DNA of 53,082 bases, from NCBI GenBank assembly GCA_003602475.1, contig QQSC01000005.1, positions 10,021 to 63,102 on the forward strand. Direction: 5' to 3'. Below are positions 17,920-26,198 of this stretch, one piece after another. How positions within the stretch are numbered: the first letter of the stretch is position 1; every line of letters begins with the position of its first letter. This DNA comes from Candidatus Poseidoniales archaeon. GTDB lineage: Archaea > Thermoplasmatota > Poseidoniia > Poseidoniales > Poseidoniaceae. The notes under the pieces are model-generated. The model made no database searches. It worked only from the letters and a program-made list of their open reading frames with translations, and had not been told where the DNA came from. A program made the position numbers and the translations under genes.

Positions 17920-18708
17920 ATGAATGGCTTGCACATCAAAGCCTTGGCAGGATTGTTGCTGCTGCTGTGCAGCCCACTCGCAGGGTGCTTGGGCGATGCA
18001 GTGGACGATTTGCTTCCCGAGCGTAAAGGCATCCCAGGAAGTCTTGCCCTTGCCTGTCTCCAAAGCGATCGATTCACGTCAATGGTCGTGGAGATCGACT
18101 ACGAACCGGGATACAAACCAATGACGAGCAGCACGGACATGCTTCTCGAGCGCTTGGAGGAAGTCTGCGACAAACCAAACGGTATCTCCGTTGAGTTCTC
18201 AGAAGTGAACTACGAGTTTGAGGGAGCATGGACCGCAGATGCGGTGAGAGAACAAGCTTGGATTCACAAGTCTGGAGACGTGATGGATGCAGGCGAACTT
18301 CGGTGGCAGTTGTTGTTCCCGGAAGGTGAGTACAGCGAAAACGGTGTCCTCGGTGTGGCCGTGGACGGGTCAAGCATTGCCTTGTTCGGGGACACCATCC
18401 AAGAATCGGACGGACCCTTTGGACGTCCCTCGGTCGAAAACGTCGAAAACAGCGTTATCGTTCATGAAATCGGGCATCTCTTGGGTTTGGTTAACCTCGT
18501 TTACACCTCTCCAGCCGACCATGAAGATTCCGAACACCCTGGCCACTCCAACAACGAAGATTCAGTCATGTATTGGGCGGTCAATTCGGCAGATTTAGCC
18601 AACATCTTTTTTGGCTCCATTCCAAATGAATTTGACCAAGATGACCTTGCAGACCTCGCAGGGATGGCCGATGGTTCCATACCGGCCGACGATCAGCTCT
18701 GGTCCTGA
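17920..18708 (+). CDS. Lipoprotein zinc metalloprotease (metzincin-like)
   Basis: Lipobox LAGC after a hydrophobic leader. HEIGHLLGL zinc motif. Met-turn-like SVMY. Confidence 0.85.
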   Translation: MNGLHIKALAGLLLLLCSPLAGCLGDAVDDLLPERKGIPGSLALACLQSDRFTSMVVEIDYEPGYKPMTSSTDMLLERLEEVCDKPNGISVEFSEVNYEFEGAWTADAVREQAWIHKSGDVMDAGELRWQLLFPEGEYSENGVLGVAVDGSSIALFGDTIQESDGPFGRPSVENVENSVIVHEIGHLLGLVNLVYTSPADHEDSEHPGHSNNEDSVMYWAVNSADLANIFFGSIPNEFDQDDLADLAGMADGSIPADDQLWS

Positions 18709-19034
18709 GAGCGACTCATGTACGCCACAGCGTCGCGCCATGCATCAAAAATGGACCAGAGGTACAAACCAACCCACAAAACGAGTGTAAATGCGAGAGG
18801 AATTTGCAAAAACGACCACTCAAACGCCCTGCGGTGTTCGCGGTTGAAATGTTGACCGAGAAACAAAAAGGGAACCAAAGCCAAGACTGCCGTCACCAAC
18901 GGACGGAAGGCCCCCCACATGCCAACACCAAAGGTGATTTCTCTCCAAATTTCCTTGATGAGGCGCCCCGGCGACATGCGTTGTTTGGTGGCCGGTGCAT
19001 CGTTCGAAAGCACCACCACCAATTCCTCGTCCAT
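18693..19034 (-). CDS. Small membrane protein, hypothetical
   Basis: 113 aa with two hydrophobic segments; fills the gap between flanking genes. Confidence 0.65.
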   Translation of the reverse strand: MDEELVVVLSNDAPATKQRMSPGRLIKEIWREITFGVGMWGAFRPLVTAVLALVPFLFLGQHFNREHRRAFEWSFLQIPLAFTLVLWVGLYLWSIFDAWRDAVAYMSRSQDQS

Positions 19035-19129
19035 GGGCGCACCTTGGGATGTGGTGGAGCCTTGTGTTTGTGAAGGTGACGCCTGCGCGTAGGCGCATGG
19101 TCCAATAACCGAAGGCAGTAGGGTTTCCC

Positions 19130-20131
19130 ATGGCAGCCCCTCGAGTCCTTCTCACGGGCTTTGAACCGTTTGGAAACCACACGAGCAACATCAGTCAAAC
19201 CGTGGCGTTGGCACTTCAAGGCCATCATTGTCGTCGTTCTCCTTTGGCTGGCGATGAGGTTGAATTTGATGTTGAATCTCAGGTGTTGACCGTTGATGAG
19301 CACGGGGCCAACACCGTTGCATCTCGCTTGGCTGAGGGTGAACAGTGGGACATCATCCTCCATCTCGGATTGTGCGAATCTTGTGATACAACCCGTCTTG
19401 AGGTTCGTGGGTCGGACCGGTTGTCAATGCGAATTCCTGACAACGCTGGTCGGCAATTGCACAACATCGTTGTGAGCGGGCAAGGAGTGCAAGGTGCGGT
19501 GGTTGATCCAACATCTTGGCCCGTCGATCGTTTTTCGATGCCCTTCACGGTGTCAAAGGATGCCGGTGAATTCATCTGCAACGAGTCCTATCATCGAACC
19601 CTCTTGCAATTGCAAGCCGTTCACCACGGGCCGGGATTGCCTGTCCCGTGTTTGTTTATCCACCTTCCACCGTCAAGAAAATGCTCTGTTGTTCAAGCCA
19701 ATGAATTGGTCCTCGAGGTGATTGCGAGCCTCGTTAAATCGCCTCCGGTGATTGACGTGGTGGCGGGCGTGGTTCCTTCAACCGACGGTCGGTTTTTGAT
19801 TGCAAAGCGGATGAAATCCAGCGAACACGGGGGCACATGGGAGTTCCCGGGGGGGAAGCTAGAACCTGGTGAATCATGGTCGGATGCCACGGTTCGTGAG
19901 TGGAAGGAAGAGTTGGATGTGGATGTGGAACCTCTTCATTTGCTTGGAACCCGTTCGCATGTCCATGAGGGCTACATGTACAACGTTCATGCCGTGTTGT
20001 GTCGACCGATCGAGGGCAACCTCAAGGTGATTCTTAAGGACCACGAAGAATGGCTATGGTGGTCTCCAACCGAACGCAAGGAGCGTCGGTGGACCGGACG
20101 AGATGATGAACTGGCTGCCGAACTGCGTTGA
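19130..20131 (+). CDS. Pyroglutamyl-peptidase I (C15) fused to C-terminal MutT-like Nudix hydrolase
   Basis: VLLTGFEPFG, LEVRG, DAGEFICNESY, CLFIHLP (E/C/H triad), then VVAGV...FLIAKR...WEFPGGKLEPGESWSDATVREWKEELDV (Nudix box). Confidence 0.9.
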   Translation: MAAPRVLLTGFEPFGNHTSNISQTVALALQGHHCRRSPLAGDEVEFDVESQVLTVDEHGANTVASRLAEGEQWDIILHLGLCESCDTTRLEVRGSDRLSMRIPDNAGRQLHNIVVSGQGVQGAVVDPTSWPVDRFSMPFTVSKDAGEFICNESYHRTLLQLQAVHHGPGLPVPCLFIHLPPSRKCSVVQANELVLEVIASLVKSPPVIDVVAGVVPSTDGRFLIAKRMKSSEHGGTWEFPGGKLEPGESWSDATVREWKEELDVDVEPLHLLGTRSHVHEGYMYNVHAVLCRPIEGNLKVILKDHEEWLWWSPTERKERRWTGRDDELAAELR

Positions 20132-20133
20132 CG

Positions 20134-20649
20134 TCAATGCCAAGTGCTCGCTTCACCGTCGATGTTCATGCTTTGTTCATCACCGACGCTTCTTGGAACT
20201 TGGGTTCGTCCAGGGTGCCAAGTAGCGGCTTCAAGCCACTCGGAGAGACCCCGCCCGCTGAGGTGGATCTCAAAGGTGCCTCCAACGGGGTGTTCATTCG
20301 GGATTGGGAAGGCTACTTTTCCTTTTACAGCAGCTTGCCGACTGATGTTGAACGTGGTTTGCTCATCGCTGAGACGGCGGCTCATCGCGTCAAGAGCGGT
20401 GTCCAAAATGCGCTGTTGGTGAAGGGCGTCAAGGAACGTGTTCATGCCTTGATGTTCCCAAATAAGTTCAGCATCTTGGGGCGTACCAAACACGGGCTCG
20501 TGAAGGTGTTCAGGACGGTTTGCTTCAGGGAACATGGTTTGCAAAGCATCGAGCACCTTCGTTGGTGAATCGGCTCCTCGCACCCGTGTTGAAACGGTGC
20601 ATTCAATCCCCTCATCAACGCCAGTAAGTCGAATGCGTCCGGTGACCAT
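20134..20649 (-). CDS. UPF0201/DUF54-like archaeal RNA-binding protein
   Basis: DSPTKVLDALQTMFP, LHQQRILDTA, FNISRQAA..GKV resemble this family. Start uncertain. Confidence 0.7.
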   Translation of the reverse strand: MVTGRIRLTGVDEGIECTVSTRVRGADSPTKVLDALQTMFPEANRPEHLHEPVFGTPQDAELIWEHQGMNTFLDALHQQRILDTALDAMSRRLSDEQTTFNISRQAAVKGKVAFPIPNEHPVGGTFEIHLSGRGLSEWLEAATWHPGRTQVPRSVGDEQSMNIDGEASTWH

Positions 20650-20738
20650 GCTTGTTGGAAGCGGTGCATGTTGAAGAACTTGGCCAAAGGGAGGATGGAT
20701 GCCCCAAGGGTCATATGGCCATGCTTGAACCAAGACGC

Positions 20739-21764
20739 ATGGAGGTTCACGAAGGTCCGATGTTGGCCACCGTCATCCCTCTCTACAACGAAGCAAAGCA
20801 CGTTGAAGGTTTGGTGAACAGTTTGGTCACACAGACCATGGATCACACTCAACACATGGTTCTGTTGCTCGATGGTGGCTCAACGGATGGCACGTTGGAA
20901 ATCATCAAACGTGTGTTGGAGGGGCTTGGACCCGAGTCTCCAATTGTTCGCCTTGTCGAGAATCCTCTCCGTACCGTTGCTCATGCTCGAAATTTAGCCC
21001 TGCAGCATCTCCCCGCCTCGGTGGAGTATGTCGTCGAGTTGTTGGGTCATGCCGACATTTCTGATGATCACCTAGAACAACGCATGCTCGCATGGGACCG
21101 GGCTGAAAAACTCGCTCAAAAGCCGCTAGCAGGCGTGGGATGCAAAGTGGAAGGTCTGAACGACACATCCTCAAAGCGAACGATGTGGATTGACGCAGCA
21201 TTGTCTTCGCCGCTTGGCCAAAGCGATGGCCAATTCAGCACGTTCGACGCATTGGAGCCCACACAAGTACCAGCGTTTGTGACCCATCGGAAATCTTCCC
21301 TTGAGGCGGTTCAAGGCTGGGACACGTCCTTTCTGACCAGTCAGGACAGCGACCTGTCCATGCGGCTGCTCAATCAGGGTTATTCGCTCTACAGAGCACC
21401 GTACCCCGTCGTGAAAATGGCCCGCCGGGACACCCTCTTCAAGTGGTGGAAAATGGGCCACAGGTATGGATTTTGGCGTACAAAAGTGGTGCTTCGCCAT
21501 CCACGACGCATCAGGGCGATCGAATGGTTGCCATGGATGGGTGTTGTCGGCTCCATGATCTTGTTGTGGGGCAACGTCGCTCTGTGGTGGCTTGGAGCCG
21601 CCGCCTACGTGGGTGTGTTGATGGTTGAGGGCCTGCGGCATTCACGTCGCCACCCGTCGTTGTTGCTCGGCTTGCCGTTGTGCCTGTTCATTCTTCATAC
21701 CAGTTTTTCCATTGGTTTGATCGATGGTTTTGTCCGTCGCGGCAGGAATGCAAGCGATCGCTAG
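20739..21764 (+). CDS. Glycosyltransferase family 2 with C-terminal membrane helices
   Basis: VIPLYNEAKHV, DGGSTDGT, ARNLAL, QDSDLSMRL, YGFWR; three hydrophobic segments at the C-terminus. Start uncertain (20721-20760). Confidence 0.9.
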   Translation: MEVHEGPMLATVIPLYNEAKHVEGLVNSLVTQTMDHTQHMVLLLDGGSTDGTLEIIKRVLEGLGPESPIVRLVENPLRTVAHARNLALQHLPASVEYVVELLGHADISDDHLEQRMLAWDRAEKLAQKPLAGVGCKVEGLNDTSSKRTMWIDAALSSPLGQSDGQFSTFDALEPTQVPAFVTHRKSSLEAVQGWDTSFLTSQDSDLSMRLLNQGYSLYRAPYPVVKMARRDTLFKWWKMGHRYGFWRTKVVLRHPRRIRAIEWLPWMGVVGSMILLWGNVALWWLGAAAYVGVLMVEGLRHSRRHPSLLLGLPLCLFILHTSFSIGLIDGFVRRGRNASDR

Positions 21765-21810
21765 CACACCACCCCAATAGATACATGAAGGCACGGTGAA
21801 AGCCTACCTT

Positions 21811-22725
21811 ATGGGAGATGCTCGGTACCAAACCGCTCGGGGTTTGGCTCTTCTTCCACTGATTCTGATGGGTGCTTTGCACTTGACAGTGCCTCCGTTG
21901 TCGGGTACGTTTGAACTTGAACCGCTGTTGATGGTGCTGTGGTACGCTGTGGCGTTGGTGTTGGGGCTTGTCCTCTTTCGAAAAACTCGCGTCGTGAAGG
22001 ATCATGAGTACAACAGAGCGAAAGCCATGCGCTCCATTCGACACGTGTACAAAGCCGAAGCAGAAGGCGTTTGGGAACGAGATGTGCCGCTTGATGGTCA
22101 ACTCGCAGGTAGCTCCAACTTGGCCTTTGGCCAAACCGTTGGTTCTCTCGCCCCGGAAACCGATGAAATCGAATTGGACAACGATTCCAAGGTTGAAGTC
22201 AAGGTGTTGACGGGGACCGTTGGTGTGATTTCCTCAAATGCCACCACTGAGTATGACGATGCACCTGTTGTGCAGCGAACCTTAGGCGCACAAACCAAGG
22301 AAGGACCAATGGACAGAATATTGGACAAGGTGTTTGGTTGGTTTGGGCGTGACACCAAGGCTGAACGAGATGCCCAACGACAGGCGAGAATGCTCGAGAA
22401 CGCACGAGCGGCTCCCGTCATCGCTCAACGACCCGTAGCGCCTCTTCGCCTCAACACGAGGGACGATGATGGAGAGGTCCAGATGACTTCGATGAGCGAC
22501 ACTGGGGGCGTTGAAACCGTGTTGACCTCCAGGGGTTCTGAAGTTTCGAATGAAATGCTCCCGGATGATTCCGGTGCTTCACTTCCCATGACGCTTGAAC
22601 AAATGGCTCAACTCCAACCCGTGACCACCTCGTCATCCTCCTCTCAAGTTCCTGCGTGCAGAGGGTGCGGTGGAACTGCTCCGGCCGGAACTGCATATTG
22701 CCCTCATTGCGGTTTGGACCTTTGA
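21811..22725 (+). CDS. Membrane protein with C-terminal zinc ribbon
   Basis: Two N-terminal TM segments. C-terminal CRGC-x10-CPHCG. Alternative start GTG 21796. Confidence 0.75.
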   Translation: MGDARYQTARGLALLPLILMGALHLTVPPLSGTFELEPLLMVLWYAVALVLGLVLFRKTRVVKDHEYNRAKAMRSIRHVYKAEAEGVWERDVPLDGQLAGSSNLAFGQTVGSLAPETDEIELDNDSKVEVKVLTGTVGVISSNATTEYDDAPVVQRTLGAQTKEGPMDRILDKVFGWFGRDTKAERDAQRQARMLENARAAPVIAQRPVAPLRLNTRDDDGEVQMTSMSDTGGVETVLTSRGSEVSNEMLPDDSGASLPMTLEQMAQLQPVTTSSSSSQVPACRGCGGTAPAGTAYCPHCGLDL

Positions 22726-22777
22726 GCGGCGTGAATTTCAAAGGGGACCTGTCCTCGTGGTGTGACGAGGGGACTCC

Positions 22778-23905
22778 ATGACCACCAAGCGAGACTACTA
22801 CGATGTCTTGGGCGTTGAGAAGGCTGCCTCAGAATCAGAATTGAAAAATGCCTTCCGACGATTGGCCCGTAAATACCACCCAGATCGTAGCACTGAAGAT
22901 GATGCTGAGGACCGATTTAAGGAAATCCAAGAAGCTTACGCCGTTCTCTCCGACCAGAAGAAAAGGGCTCAATATGATCGGTTTGGTCATGATGGGGGGC
23001 AAGGAAACCCGTTCGGCGGGTTCGGAGGAGGTTTCAACATCAATCTTGAAGACCTCTTCGGCGGCGACATTTTCTCTTCCATGTTTGGTGGCGGCGGAGG
23101 TGGAGGAGGCCGACGCCGACAAAGCGGCTCAGACATTCTCATCCGGCATTCGATTGAACTCAGTGACGTCCTCAACGGTACAGACCAAGAGGTTGTCATC
23201 GATTTGCCACATGCTTGCGAGTCTTGCGAAGGTACAGGAGCCGAAGGCGGTCGATTGACCACATGTGCATCGTGCAACGGGCAAGGTCAGGTACGTGTTC
23301 GCCAACAAATAGGCCCGTTCGTTCAAGAAGCCGTGCAGGCTTGCCGGGAATGCAATGCTCGTGGTAAAGTCGCAGACAACCCGTGCGACGGCTGCGGTGG
23401 GTCAGGACAGGACATGAAAAGCAGTACGCTTCGCTTCAAGGTTCCTTTAGGGGCTGAACAAGGAACGAGGCTTCGCATGCGGGGCAAAGGCGAACCTGCT
23501 CCCCAAGGTGTTGGTTCTCCTGGCGATCTTTTCATCGAACTCGAAATTGAGCCCCATCCGTTCTTTGAACGTTCAGGGTCGGACTTGATCATGTCCTTGC
23601 CACTCGGTTATCCCGACCTCGCCCTGGGCACAACCATCACGATCGAACACATCGATGGGGATGATTTGCAGATCAAGGTCCCATCTCAATCCAATTCAGG
23701 TGAAACGGTCGAGGTTCGCAAACGTGGACTCCCCCGTCAACGAGGCAACGGGCGAGGTGATGTCGTGGTTCTCTTGAAGTTGCACATGCCCAAAAAGATC
23801 GGACGGTCCACCAAGAAATCACTCGAAACTCTTCGAGGTGATTTGGGACCTAAGGACGTCAAAAGCTCCATTTTAACCGATGCGCAAGAACGACGCCGTG
23901 GTTGA
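22778..23905 (+). CDS. dnaJ: Molecular chaperone DnaJ
   Basis: J domain with HPD, G/F-rich linker, four CxxCxGxG-type repeats, C-terminal substrate-binding domain. Confidence 0.97.
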   Translation: MTTKRDYYDVLGVEKAASESELKNAFRRLARKYHPDRSTEDDAEDRFKEIQEAYAVLSDQKKRAQYDRFGHDGGQGNPFGGFGGGFNINLEDLFGGDIFSSMFGGGGGGGGRRRQSGSDILIRHSIELSDVLNGTDQEVVIDLPHACESCEGTGAEGGRLTTCASCNGQGQVRVRQQIGPFVQEAVQACRECNARGKVADNPCDGCGGSGQDMKSSTLRFKVPLGAEQGTRLRMRGKGEPAPQGVGSPGDLFIELEIEPHPFFERSGSDLIMSLPLGYPDLALGTTITIEHIDGDDLQIKVPSQSNSGETVEVRKRGLPRQRGNGRGDVVVLLKLHMPKKIGRSTKKSLETLRGDLGPKDVKSSILTDAQERRRG

Positions 23906-23906
23906 A

Positions 23907-26111
23907 TTACTCTTCTTCCATCAACACGGTTTGTGGAATCCTTGAAGCAAACGGTACACGGTCCATCCGTCCGTTCAGTTCAATGTCCACCGCTGGCGCT
24001 TGACCTTGCAATTCGACGTAAAGGAACGCTCTGTGCCCCTCGTTGAGGGTGTCCAAAAAGACCTCTTCACCTTGATGGAGGAACCTCGGTTCAACATGAA
24101 CGACCTCGAAGGGTTGTCCGTATGGTGCATCAAATCGGAGAGCTGCCAATTCCCATGTGCCGTTCAGCACATGGACGCCAATCACCAATGGCCAAGTTCC
24201 TTTGGTTCGAGCCAAGCGCTTGTCGACCCTCCAAACGCCCATGGCCATACCGTCCGTGGTGTGGGTTAAGGCTGGTTCGCCCCATGCATTGATGCCCTCT
24301 TCCCACGGCAATTGTGCTACGGCCATCAGGGCCCTGTTCAAGTCCTTCCTCGAGGCTTTGACAGTGGTCTCTCCACTGCTCAACCGTTCACTGTACCAGG
24401 CGAGTCTTGAGGCCTTGCGGACGAGCTCCTGAGCGAATTGTCGGTCGCGCTGGAACGAAACACCCACGTAAACAGCAGGAATTAGGAACAGGAAACCCAA
24501 GAACCAACGGGCGAAACTCCCCCACCAAACGGCTTCATCTGAAGGCTCGAACCAAGGTTCCTCACCTTCATCCATCAGGCTGTATGCTGGGGTGATGAAA
24601 TAGGGCTTTGAGGCAACATCCTCACCCCAGAGGTTGGATGTGGTGGCGTTTGAATCTTGGAGGCGGAATTGAATGTAGTGTGTCCCGCGTCCAACCTGAA
24701 GTCCAATTCGAAGCTGTTCGGAAACTGGCCGAGTGATGTCAGTAGCCAACACCTCTCCAGTGGTTTGGTCAATGTCCCACATTTGTGCTTCCATGCCCGT
24801 TACGTTGCCGTCGAGTGAGAATTGAACATAGTGGATGGAATCCTCCCAACCGTCCACCACGATACGGAAGGTGTCCGAGGTGTCGTGAATGGCGAGGGTC
24901 AATTCCGACACAGTGACGTTGCTAAGGTTGAGGATTGGCCATGAGGCGTTGTTGGTATCCAAACCACCAGGGAGGTACGATGGTGCTTCCAAATGGTTCA
25001 GGTCAGCGTAAGATTCAGCCCTGAGATGGACGGCAAACGCCACGTTCGATTCAACCATCACTCGACCACCTGTGACGCCCGGGTACGGGTAGGTGGTCAG
25101 GGGTGAAGAACCGTTGAGGAGCACCGTTGTGCCAAGAATCCATGAGCCGTTCATCAATTGATCAACACGCACTTCAACTTCCCCATATGGGTGTTCGAGC
25201 GTCAGTTTGGTGTTGACCGGCCAATCGAACAAACCTGTGGTTGTGCCGTGGCCTTGGATGTTGGCTGCCTGCGTGAGATCACGATGTGTCAGGTCTGTTA
25301 CAGGTTGATTTTGATGGTGAAAAACGATGGCTTTCCATGTCACATGCGTGTCTTGAGTTGACAATCTGAACACCAACCTTCCATCCTCAGCAGCCGTCCA
25401 CCAGGCCACCGCCTCATCGCTTGTGGGTTGAAGGTAAGACGAGGTGAGCACAGATTCTCCATCCAGCAAGATTTCTGTTGAATTTGTTTGCGCATAGGCT
25501 TGCAAACGGACGCCGGCTGTGGTGGCCAACCATTGCCATTCGACCGTGTCCCCTTCCTCAACCTCCACGATGTAAAATTCATCGGAGCCGACAAGATGTC
25601 CCGTGGCCGCAAAGTGTTCCTCGTTGCCTTCGGGTACCGTTCCGAGCACCCCACTCCGCTCCAAATCCATGCATGCCATTGGTGTTGGGCACAATCCTGC
25701 AGTATGGTGAGGCATGGCCTGGCCCGGTGCCGGTCGCACCGTTGGGTGTTCCTGAGTCGTTGAATTCGAAAGCGTATATCGAACGTTTTCGGTCTGTTCT
25801 ACGGTCATGCTGAGGTGGTATTGGCCGGTCACAAGATCGGTTTTGACCAAGGATTCAGTAAACGAAAATGACGTGTTGTCTCTGCTCAAGTTCACCGTGC
25901 ACGTTGAACAATCCACCACCATGAAGAAGGTCGAATTTTGCACCAAGTCAACCGTGGTGGAATACACGACGTTTGGTCGGGCCGTGAATTCGTTTATTGG
26001 CCGGTCCAGAGGGAGGGCCAAGTCGTTTTGGGCCGATGCGGCCGGTAGGGTGGCACTCCACGAAGCCAAGAGCACGAGGACCAGAATCCCGGTCGCAGCG
26101 AGGCGCTTCAT
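23907..26111 (-). CDS. Single-pass membrane protein with large beta-rich ectodomain and ~170-aa C-terminal domain, hypothetical
   Basis: Signal MKRLAATGILVLVLLASWSATLPAASA. PPC-like segments (SDEFYIVEV, DTSDTFRIVV). TM FLGFLFLIPAVYVGVSF. TTGAAAGG 29 nt upstream of ATG 26111. Confidence 0.8.
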   Translation of the reverse strand: MKRLAATGILVLVLLASWSATLPAASAQNDLALPLDRPINEFTARPNVVYSTTVDLVQNSTFFMVVDCSTCTVNLSRDNTSFSFTESLVKTDLVTGQYHLSMTVEQTENVRYTLSNSTTQEHPTVRPAPGQAMPHHTAGLCPTPMACMDLERSGVLGTVPEGNEEHFAATGHLVGSDEFYIVEVEEGDTVEWQWLATTAGVRLQAYAQTNSTEILLDGESVLTSSYLQPTSDEAVAWWTAAEDGRLVFRLSTQDTHVTWKAIVFHHQNQPVTDLTHRDLTQAANIQGHGTTTGLFDWPVNTKLTLEHPYGEVEVRVDQLMNGSWILGTTVLLNGSSPLTTYPYPGVTGGRVMVESNVAFAVHLRAESYADLNHLEAPSYLPGGLDTNNASWPILNLSNVTVSELTLAIHDTSDTFRIVVDGWEDSIHYVQFSLDGNVTGMEAQMWDIDQTTGEVLATDITRPVSEQLRIGLQVGRGTHYIQFRLQDSNATTSNLWGEDVASKPYFITPAYSLMDEGEEPWFEPSDEAVWWGSFARWFLGFLFLIPAVYVGVSFQRDRQFAQELVRKASRLAWYSERLSSGETTVKASRKDLNRALMAVAQLPWEEGINAWGEPALTHTTDGMAMGVWRVDKRLARTKGTWPLVIGVHVLNGTWELAALRFDAPYGQPFEVVHVEPRFLHQGEEVFLDTLNEGHRAFLYVELQGQAPAVDIELNGRMDRVPFASRIPQTVLMEEE

Positions 26112-26198
26112 GGCCCATCGCTGTAGGCTCAGCCTTTCAAACCAACCGTTGTGCGGCCGTTCAAACCTTTCAAGAACCTCACTCTGCCACCCCAAACC

